Source of the DNA: Octopus sinensis
Taxonomy: Eukaryota
NCBI RefSeq assembly: GCF_006345805.1
Contig: NC_043016.1
Location: 27,094,001-27,158,000 of the forward strand
DNA length: 64,000 nt
Reading direction: 5' to 3'
Under the pieces are notes generated by a model. It ran no database searches and was not told the DNA's origin. It saw only the letters and a list, made by a program, of their open reading frames with translations. Below, one piece after another: positions 26,686-38,400 of this stretch (the first letter of the stretch is position 1; the number at the start of each line of letters is the position of its first letter). The position numbers and the translations under genes were made by a program.

Positions 26686-29633
26686 ACATATGCATGCATG
26701 TGTGCATACATATGCAAATACACACCAATAACTTCTACTGTATTTTAAAAACAATTTACTTTCAAGCAAGAAATTCTTCAGAGCATGAGACTTAAATCAG
26801 AACATTTCTGCTTTCCTTTCCAGTGGATTCAACAGGAACTCATTCTATTTATGCAACTTTCAATGACTATGAAATTATGTTTCATGTCTCCACATTGCTT
26901 CCATTCACACCAAGTAATAGACAACAGGTAAAGTGAATCACCATGATTTAAATAGATTTTTTTTTTAACAAAACCAGTTTGTGTCAATGGTTTTTTGGTT
27001 GTTTTTGTTTTTGGCCATTAACTACAATTTACTAACAAGAAATATTAACTATCCCCTTATCACTAACATATTTAAGTAATTTTTTTAAAATGTTATATAT
27101 ATATTTTTTTTTTACCACAAACTATACTTCTCGGCAATTTTTGACCCTCTACTGTCAAAATATTTCTGTATGTTAGTCCTTGTTTCATGTGTTCTGAGTA
27201 ATACAAAACTTTCCTTTTGTAAATGCTAAGTTTCTCATGTGGTTCCAAAGAATTAGGAATGTGTATCATATATGATGCATGGACACCAGGGAAATACATT
27301 TTGTTTATCACACTAAACAGGCAAATGGTTCCTGTATAAAATGGTAAATTTATATATATATATATATATATATATAGGCATAGGAGTGGCTGTGTGGTAA
27401 GTAGCTTGCTTATGAACCACGTAGTCCCAGGTTCAGTCCTACTGCGTGGCACCTTGGGCAAGTGTCTTCTTCTATAGCCTCAGGCTGACCAAAGCCTTGT
27501 GAGTGAATTTGGTAGACGGAAACTCAAAGAAGCCCATCGTATGTGTGTATATTTGTCTGTGTTTGTCCCCCCAACATTGCTTGACAACCGATGCTGGTGT
27601 GTTTATGTCCCCGTAACTTATCAGTTTGGCAAAAGAGACTGATAAAATAAGTACTAGGCTTTTAAAGAATAAGTCTTGGGGTCGATTTGCTCGACTAAAG
27701 GCGGTGCGCCAGCATGGCCACAGTCAAATGACTGAAACAACTAAAAGAGTATACACACACACTTGAATTTCTAATTTATTTTCAGTGACAAATTTAAAAA
27801 GAGAAAATGGTACTGAATTTCAATATTTTCTTTTGCCAATTTTTTTTTATGTATAAAAGCAGTAAATAAAAAAGAAAACTGAGTTTAACTTAAATTTGCA
27901 AATGTTTTTCTGCTTTGAATATAATTTTATTTTCATTTGTTTTTTGAAAGGAAAGTTACTGTAACTATGTCCATATTCTTTAATTTTTCTCAGCTTCTCC
28001 GCAAGCGCCACATAGGAAACGATATTGTCAGTATTGTATTCCAAGAACCAGGAGCTTTGCCATTTACACCAAAGTCTGTCCGATCTCATTTCCAGCATGT
28101 TTTTATCATTGTACAAGCTCATAACCCAAATACTCCTCAAGTTTCATACAGGTATATAGCATTTAAATATTACTTAAGTCACAGATATATAATAATTGAT
28201 ATCAATCTGCTTAATGGAAGTATATATCAAACACATGCAGTTATATAGTAATATATGTCAGACACAGATGTAAAACACCCAATTTTAGACAAATATTTAC
28301 AGCAAATACACCAGGGTTTTGTTTATGTATTATTATTATTGCTAAGTCTGGAGGAAGAAGCAGTGCCTATGAACTTTGCAGCTTGTCCTCTGTGACCATT
28401 GAACTTGTTGCCGTTAATTTTTTGTTGAAAATCCTGTAGAAAAGATATACATGATCAGTGGATAGGGAAGAGATTATTTCAGTGTGTAGATGTTCTGGGG
28501 TTGAAGGATGTGCATGCAATGAGTGGTTGTAACAAGTGTTTGAAATCATCATCATCATTATTGTTTAACGTCCGTTTTCCATGCTAGCATGGGTTGGATG
28601 GTTCGACCGGGGTCTGGGAAGCCAGGAGGCTGCACCAGGCTCCAGTGTGATCTTGCAGTGTTTCTACAGCTGGATGCCCTTCCTAACGCCATCCACTCCG
28701 TGAGTGTAGTGGGTGCTTTTTACGTGCCACTGTCACAAGTGCCAGGGGAGGCTGGCAACGACCACGATCGGTTGGTGCTTTTTACATGCCACCGGCGAAA
28801 TGAATGGGTTGGGAGTTCCTAAGGAGGAGATATGAGACCAGAAGCTCCAAGGAGTAGAAGTTATTACAGTAGTGAATGAAAGAGATAACAGAGGTAGCAT
28901 GTCTGTAGACCAGAGACTGGAGATTGTCTGTTAGTGATCCAATATCAATCAGTCCTGTGGTCTTTTTCTGGGTGGAGTTTGAGATGTCTGTGTGTCTCCT
29001 AGAAGCAGTGCTGTCCCAGCTGTAGGGGTTGAAATGAGACATCTAGGCTGGGAGTAGGTAAAAGAAAGAACGACAGAGACTATTAGAGTAGTGATAGAAA
29101 AGAGTGAGAGAGAGAAAAAAACAGTACATCTGTGGAGTAGAATCTGAAGGGTGTCTGTCAGTGGTCTTTCTGTAGATGGAATTTAAGATGTCTGTGTATC
29201 TAGTAACAACAGCAATGTTCCAGATATAGGTGTAATACTTCATTGTAGGAATCTCTTGAGTATTGTAGAGTGTCAGAGCAATTGTCAGGGGCTGAAATAT
29301 TTTCTGGTCCTATAGGGAAGGGCCACTATTTGGAATGTAGCCCTAGCTATGCTAAGGATGTGTTCTTTTCTAAAGAGATTTTCAGTGATAGTGAAATTCA
29401 GCATTTGGAGTAACCATGAGGGTTCTGAGGGTGGTGCAGTGATGTTTCTTGATATGAGTATGCTTATGTGGGTTTTTTTTTTTTGCCTGTTAACAGGCAA
29501 GGATAACATGGCCTCATTAGACAATCTCAAGGTCTCTGTTCATAGAATCAATGCAGGTTTGTCTTGTAATGTATAGATTGTGGATATAGAAGTATATATA
29601 TTTCCTTAGAATATTCTAACCAGTCATTAAGTA

Positions 29634-29700
<67 letters not shown>

Positions 29701-29915
29701 ATTAGGGAGTAAATCCAAACTTACAGGGAAAATTTAGATTTAGGATTAAATCCAATTTTATAGTATAAATATATATTATATTAAATTAGAGATAAAACCA
29801 CTATTAGGCAAATCAAACAGTGAAAATCATAAGCCAATACATAGAAATAAAATTAATTAAAAAAATATAAAAGTTAAAATTTTAAAATTATTTAAATAAT
29901 TAAACTTATAAATTT

Positions 29916-29970
<55 letters not shown>

Positions 29971-32900
29971 ATAATATTAGGGAATATATCCAAATTTACA
30001 GGGAAAAAAAATCAGATTTAGGATTAAATCCAATTTTATAGTAAAATATTATAAAATATTATTTGAGACAAAACCACTATTTTGCAAAACAAACAAGGAA
30101 AGACTTAATCAATACATAAAATTTAATAAATAGTCAAAAAAACCGCCACTACAATCGTTTCTTGTCTTGATCGACAATCTTCAGGTGGACTTCCAATCTA
30201 AAAAATCAAAATTTTAAAATATAAAAATAATACTTTTAAATAATTAAAGTATAAATGAAAAAATATAAATATATAATCCATATATAACCTATATATAATC
30301 CATATCGAAAATATAGACTAATTACCACGAATTCCCTAAAAAAAACCATGATAAAACAAAACTCTTAAAAACATATAACGATAAAATCTCCCTTTAAACT
30401 CTATAACAAACCTATAAAATAAACCCCCTAACCTAAACATTCACACACAAATACACACACGTAAACCACAGACTCACGACTTATACACATACCTATACTA
30501 ACTTATAAACCTCAATATACACCAAAACCCACTCCCTCTCCACACAGACAAATTAACACATACATCCCAAAACCTAAATAACAAACCCATATACACATTC
30601 ACACACAAAACACACACTCACACGCAAAACACTCACACACAAAAGATACATATACTCCCTCACATATACGCCTATACATACTCACTAAACTCGACATATA
30701 CAACAATACTTACACACCCACAAAAAACATTATATACATTTATGAGCTTTAACTCACCTTAGCATCTCTAACAAACAACTTGCAGTAACCCAATCCCATT
30801 CTCTATGCCTACCTCACTACTACACTATTCCATTCACATTCCAAGCAACGCTAGTCCACCACCCGGTTATTCACGTGGCAAAACGAACACCACTCAAAAA
30901 TTATGAATGAAACAATGTAAAAAAAAAAAAAAAAAATAACCAACACCTAAAATAGACAAAATACCACGAATTACCTAAAAAAACCATGATAAACCAAAAC
31001 TCATAAAAGCATATAACGATAAAATCTCCCTTTGCTAAACCCTATAACAAACTTATATAGCAATCCCCCTAACCTAAACATTCACACACAAAAAACCCAC
31101 ACGTAAACCACAGACCCAAGGCTTATACACAAACCTATACTAACTTATAAACCTCAATATACACCAAAAACCACTCCCTCCCACACAGACAAATTAACAC
31201 ATACATCCCAAATCCTAAATAACAAACCCAAATACACATTCACACACAAACACACACACACGCAAAACACACACACACAACAGATACATATGCTCCCTCA
31301 CATATACGCATATACATACTCACTAAACTCGATATATACAACAATATTACACCCACACTCATACAGATAAATAAATTAATTAAACAATTAAAAACTCACA
31401 ACCAATCTCATATACATAAACACTCTTATGAAAACAACAATAAATACATCGTAATTAACCAGAATATCAAAAATAACATTATGACATAAGGATAAATCAA
31501 ATACATACTTACAATTCAGTTACAAATTATGAAGTGAAATTAGATTCTTAGCCGTTAAAAAACCAAACAAAATTACGTTACCATGGAAATAACTAATGTA
31601 AAAAAGAATACGCGCCATAGAAAGTAAACGTCATTCATAATATGAATGGAGAAATATAATAAATGGAACTAAAAACTATTTCCACGTAGCAAACCAACGC
31701 TACTTAAAAAAATTTATTATGAATGGATTCTTTAAAAACTATCATGAAAAATCAATTATATACATTTATGAGCTTTAGCTCACCCTAGCAACTCTAACAA
31801 ACAACTTACAGTAACCCATACTCAATGCCTACCTCATTACCACCCTAATCCATTCACAATTCCAAGCAACACTAGTCCACCACCCGGTTACAATTCCCAA
31901 CTCTACCCATTCATTCACAATTTCAACGACGTTCCCTTCAACAACTCTACATATAAGCCTCAACATATACACCGGAGATACACTTACACATCCGTGCGGA
32001 TGGGTGAGAGTATACATTAAGTGTAGTGATGGGGCTCCCATTTCTAAACACATTTGTACCTGTGTAGTAGTCTCCATGTGTATATTCACGCACGGGTATA
32101 AATACAGGGGGTACACGCTCACTTCATTTACGTGTACCCCTCACATGTACATATGCATACTATTTTGGCTCGATATATGCAACAATGTAATCGCGCCCGT
32201 ATGTGTAAAAAAAAAAAAAAAAAAAAAATGGGAGTAATCCCATTCACACCAATTATATGTATACAATTATACACACTTGAATAATACATACTAGCCCTAA
32301 TATACAGAACATACTAATAATCACCAACTAACCACCATCACAAATGAAACCCACACCCATACAATGACAAAACTCCCCCATACCCTATTTACACCTACAT
32401 AGTAATCCCAATATATTCTTCCATACATGGACGCAAGTGCGTGAAGCACATGAATATAATTAGTACGTACAACCCCTAATACACACTAATATATACGTAT
32501 CAAGCTCGACCTCCACAGTGATAAGTTTACACACAATCACACCCAGATGGGTGAATTGCACAACCAGTGAATGCTCACACATACGGGCGCGATTACATTG
32601 TTGCATATATCGAGCCAAAATAGTATGCATATGTACATGTGAGGGGTACACGTAAATGAAGTGAGCGTGTACCCCCTGTATTTATACCCGTGCGTGAATA
32701 TACACATGGAGACTACTACACAGGTACAAATGTGTTTAGAAATGGGAGCCCCATCACTACACTTAATGTATACTCTCACCCATCCGCACGGATGTGTAAG
32801 TGTATCTCCGGTGTATATGTTGAGGCTTATATGTAGAGTTGTTGAAGGGAACGTCGTTGAAATTGTGAATGAATGGGTAGAGTTGGGAATTGTAACCGGG

Positions 32901-34718
32901 TGGTGGACTAGTGTTGCTTGGAATTGTGAATGGATTAGGGTGGTAATGAGGTAGGCATTGAGTATGGGTTACTGTAAGTTGTTTGTTAGAGTTGCTAGGG
33001 TGAGCTAAAGCTCATAAATGTATATAATTGATTTTTCATGATAGTTTTTAAAGAATCCATTCATAATAAATTTTTTTAAGTAGCGTTGGTTTGCTACGTG
33101 GAAATAGTTTTTAGTTCCATTTATTATATTTCTCCATTCATATTATGAATGACGTTTACTTTCTATGGCGCGTATTCTTTTTTTACATTAGTTATTTCCA
33201 TGGTAACGTAATTTTGTTTGGTTTTTTAACGGCTAAGAATCTAATTTCACTTCATAATTTGTAACTGAATTGTAAGTATGTATTTGATTTATCCTTATGT
33301 CATAATGTTATTTTTGATATTCTGGTTAATTACGATGTATTTATTGTTGTTTTCATAAGAGTGTTTATGTATATGAGATTGGTTGTGAGTTTTAATTGTT
33401 TAATTAATTATTTATCTGTATGAGTGTGGGTGTAAATATTGTTGTATATATCGAGTTTTAGTGAGTATGTATATGCGTATATGTGAGGGAGCATATGTAT
33501 CTGTTGTGTGTGTGTGTTTTGCGTGTGTGTGTGTTTTGTGTGTGAATGTGTATTTGGGTTTGTTATTTGGGATGTATGTGTTAATTTGTCTGTGTGGGGA
33601 GGGAGTGGTTTTTGGTGTATATTGAGGTTTATAAGTTAGTATAGGTTTGTGTATAAGCTTGGGTCTGTGGTTTACGTGTGGGTTTTTTGTGTGTGAATGT
33701 TTAGGTTAGGGGGATTGCTATATAAGTTTGTTATAGGGTTTAGCAAAGGGAGATTTTATCGTTATATGCTTTTATGAGTTTTGGTTTATCATGGTTTTTT
33801 TAGGTAATTCGTGGTATTTTGTCTATTTTAGGTGTTGGTTATTTTTTTTTTTTTTTTTTTACATTGTTTCATTCATAATTTTTGAGTGGTGTTCGTTTTG
33901 CCACGTGAATAACCGGGTGGTGGACTAGCGTTGCTTGGAATGTGAATGGAATAGTGTAGTAGTGAGGTAGGCATAGAGAATGGGATTGGGTTACTGCAAG
34001 TTGTTTGTTAGAGATGCTAAGGTGAGTTAAAGCTCATAAATGTATATAATGTTTTTTGTGGGTGTGTAAGTATTGTTGTATATGTCGAGTTTAGTGAGTA
34101 TGTATAGGCGTATATGTGAGGGAGTATATGTATCTTTTGTGTGTGAGTGTTTTGCGTGTGAGTGTGTGTTTTGTGTGTGAATGTGTATATGGGTTTGTTA
34201 TTTAGGTTTTGGGATGTATGTGTTAATTTGTCTGTGTGGGGAGGGAGTGGGTTTTGGTGTATATTGAGGTTTATAAGTTAGTATAGGTATGTGTATAAGT
34301 CGTGAGTCTGTGGTTTACGTGTGTGTATTTGTGTGTGAATGTTTAGGTTAGGGGGTTTATTTTATAGGTTTGTTATAGAGTTTAAAGGGAGATTTTATCG
34401 TTATATGTTTTTAAGAGTTTTGTTTTATCATGGTTTTTTTAGGGAATTCGTGGTAATTAGTCTATATTTTCGATATGGATTATATATAGGTTATATATGG
34501 ATTATATATTTATATTTTTTCATTTATACTTTAATTATTTAAAAGTATTATTTTTATATTTTAAAATTTTGATTTTTTAGATTGGAAGTCCACCTGAAGA
34601 TTGTCGATCAAGACAAGAAACGATTGTAGTGGCGGTTTTTTTGACTATTTATTAAATTTTATGTATTGATTAAGTCTTTCCTTGTTTGTTTTGCAAAATA
34701 GTGGTTTTGTCTCAAATA

Positions 34719-34767
<49 letters not shown>

Positions 34768-35371
34768 ATTTTTATATTATTTTATTTTTATTATTTATTT
34801 ATTTATTTTTTAAAAAAATGATATAAATATCAAAAAGTATTAAAAATTTAATATAAGATAAAGAATAAAAAAACTACGATCGTTTCATGGCTGTAACCAA
34901 TTCGAATAACAATAATTTAAATTCAATTAATAATTCGAATTATGGTTACAGTCAATCTTCAGGTTAATTGTAATATTTTAATAAATAATCAGAAATATTT
35001 AAGCAATATTTTCAAGAAATAAATAATATAATAATTTTACTTATAAAAAACTCTATTATCAAATTAGTAACTTAACGATTATGATTATATCAAAACATCA
35101 ATTATAATGTTAAATATTAATTTTAATTTTTAAGTATTAATTTTTAAGGTAAGAAACTTTTGATATTTATATAATTTAAAAAATAAATAAATAAAAATAT
35201 ACATACATATATATATATATATATATATTTAAAATTTATAAGTTTAAATTATTTAAATAATTTTAAAATTTTAACTTTTATATTTTTTTTATTAATTTTA
35301 TTTCTATGTATTGGCTTATGATTTTCACTGTTTGATTTGCCTAATAGTGATTTTATCTCTAATTTAATATA

Positions 35372-35436
<65 letters not shown>

Positions 35437-38400
35437 CATATTTCTACTGTTTTGTACTCAGTATTTTCCTAAAACTTTAACTGTTTTATGACTTATTTCT
35501 TACCAGAATATTGTGTATGTGTTTGGATTATTTTCATGAAATTCAAATTTTAAATTATTTTGTTTTTACATTTAGTGTTGCTGTCAGTCGATGTAAAGAT
35601 GTCCCACCATTTGGCCCATCAATTCCCGAAAAACCATTTGCAAAAGGACCAGAATTTACAGACTTTTTGTTTGCCAAATGTTAGTGAATAATTCAAATTT
35701 ATCTTCATATTAGGTCAAGAGCTCTGAAGAAGTAATTTTTAGCACATAAGGCAGTATACACAGCATCTCTTTTTTCTCTTCATTGGTTGTCCCATCCTAG
35801 GGAAAAAAAAAAATAATAAACACATTGTGATCAATGAGTCATCCTTAAGTCAAACCATGACTGTTACCTACTAAAATTTTACATATCTGTTAATCATACT
35901 TTTGTAATAGGATTACAGAAGTTATAAGTTTGCATAAAAAAGTGAATGTTAAAATGATTATGATATTTATGAATCTTAAAGTGAGTAAGTTGTTTGACTC
36001 CTCTCTCTACATTTTTGAGTTGCAGCCTTTTCAGAGTTAATTTTTTCATATTCCACTGAACTACTCAGTCATATAATTATGATAATGAACTATAACGATC
36101 AGTAATTTGAAAATAAAGGAATAAGTTTTATTTTCAAGTGTTAATGATAATGATGATAATTTCAATGTCTTTTATTTTTCTTTCCCATTTTTAATTATAA
36201 ATTTATAAATTTTCAATTTTTAAGTGATTAATGGTGAAAATGCTGCTCATAAGTCTGAGAAGTTTAAAGCAATGGCAGGTCGAACACATCAGGAATATCT
36301 CAGAGATTTAGCTCTGAATTATGTGACCACAACAGCTTTAGATTCAAGTTCTAAACTTAGTAAGTTGCTAGCTAACTCTTTCTTTCATTTTTCTTAAAGA
36401 ACATTTAAGTTATGTACATTTTGATTATTTTTTCTTTGTCTTTTACCTTAATTTTTCCATATTGACATGGTTGAGTGGTTTATGTTTTGAAGTAATACTT
36501 TATATAGCCAGATGTACATTAGTCTTACCAATAATTATAAAGTAGCAAGCAGAACTTGTTCAAGCTAACTGGAACAAGGAGATAGTATTAACTTCTTCAA
36601 TGCCGGGAACCTTTAAAATCTAACTAGAAATAAGTAACAAAGTGGGGTGAATGGAAACAATATTAGTTAATGAGTATAATGAGTTGTGTTGTTTTAATTA
36701 TTCTGCATATACAGTAGACAGCCTAAGAGTATTTACAGTATTTGTCCCAACTCATTGCATTTTGAGTTCAAATCCTACCAGGACTTATTTTAATAGTTGA
36801 TAATTCACCCACCACTTCACTACTATCACCTTGCATCTTGGATGCTTTTAGCTTGGTTCACTCACTTGCAAGAATTTGAAAAAGGTTTCTGATTTGAGAA
36901 TATCTTTTTCTCTATCTCTCATCAGTTTTGGAGGCTGTGAAGAGAGTTGGTTACTGCCTTCAATTTTGAAGTGATTTTACAAGTGATGAACTTACAAGAG
37001 TTGCAGTAATGTAAAAGCACAATTACATGATAGTGATAGGGTAATGATTGTTTGTTTTAAAGTACTGTATGCTCTTTTCTTTGCGCATAGTAATGTAGTG
37101 CAACTACATGTAAACCTCATAAAGCAGTAGTTCTTGTAGGAGTGGGGTTTGTGAAGATTGGAAAGGGGATGGACACTTTGTTTAATAAAAGTAAGAGTTT
37201 TAAACTTTCAATCTTTTCCAATACCATAGCAATGAAATAATTAGATGGAGGCAAATTATATTGTCTTATTAATAAAAGAAGAGCAAAAAATTTCCCTTTT
37301 TTTTTTTGTGGTAGGTAGTTAGCGAGGGATGGTATTTATTGGTTAGAGAACCTCGAACTTGATGGATTTAAAGTTTTTTGAGCGTGAAGGTTGTTAATAG
37401 ATATGCCTAGGAGGGTGGAACTGATCACTTGTTTATCTGTTTTGGATGGGTTGGAGTAAAGTACATGTGCTACCAAGGATCATTAGCATGAAAACAGCAA
37501 TGTTACAAGCAATTGGCTTAGTCCATGTGCCATAGGGTGCAGAAAATTAGTTATGCAGATGTATGGTGGGTGGTAATGACCAGGCAGTGGCCAAACAATG
37601 CATTAGATCTAGAAGCAACAAGAGGCTTGGTTTAGTGGTGTGGAAAAAAAAAGTGATTGAGAGTGTTTGGGTACCTGTTTGTTAATGAAGGATACGTATA
37701 GGTGGTTATACGAATTGTTGTAGAGAATTTAGAAGTAAACCAACTTGGTATGAAAATTTTGATAAAGAAACTTTGTCATAAGCTGATGGTTTGGAACATA
37801 AATTATCATGAAATTTTGATCACTTTAAAACATGAAGTTTGTATCAAAGAACTAGGAGTGGTCACATTTGGGTTGGTATGAAAAGGATTAAAGAGTGGTA
37901 GAGGCAGCAGATAAATTTAGAGGATTAGGGAAAATAGGTTTTACTCTTCTGCTTATCTTATTAATCTTCATGATTAATGATTTTTAACTGATCATAAATT
38001 TTCCCAAAGGGAAATGTATATATATTTTTTTATTAAAAAAATTTTTTTTTAATAGATAATAGATTTACAAATGTTGTAAAAGTTTATTTTTGTCTAAAAC
38101 TTTAGGTAAATTTGCTCTTGGAAGTGGCCGAAAAAAGGAACGTAGCAAGCAGAAAGTGGTTCCTGATTTGTTTGCTAAAGGAGCAACTGTCTTCCCTGTT
38201 AAGGTCAGTAAATGTGTATGTATGTGATGATTAAGGCAAGGTGATGAGACAATGGAAGAGGAAGGAAGAGTGTCTGTATGTGTACACATCTCAGGACATT
38301 ATTGTCTTGAGTTTTAGGGTCCATAGGGCTGAGGATGCCAATCTTTTGCAGGTTTACTCATTTGCAGCTGAATGGGTTGGGGTAGCATGAAATGAAGCAT

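Larger units (their letters stand above)
29771..35375. repeat. Large inverted duplication (inner arms 30050-32206 / 32577-34728; outer arms 29771-29920 / 35227-35375), probably derived from a Penelope-like element
   Basis: The identical 97-aa ORFs at 31829-32122(-) and 32661-32954(+) are symmetric about 32391.5. Arm sequences read as reverse complements. Both ends are flanked by (TA)n. Confidence 0.95.

Noticed and set aside
31380-31760. Possible GIY-YIG endonuclease remnant ([13 protein letters not shown])
   Set aside because: Only a few residues resemble the motif, with many stops, in very AT-rich sequence. It cannot be supported without an HMM search.
31829-32954. Identical 97-aa ORFs on opposite strands, and the 77/80-aa pair
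   Set aside because: They simply reflect the inverted duplication and show no recognisable protein similarity.
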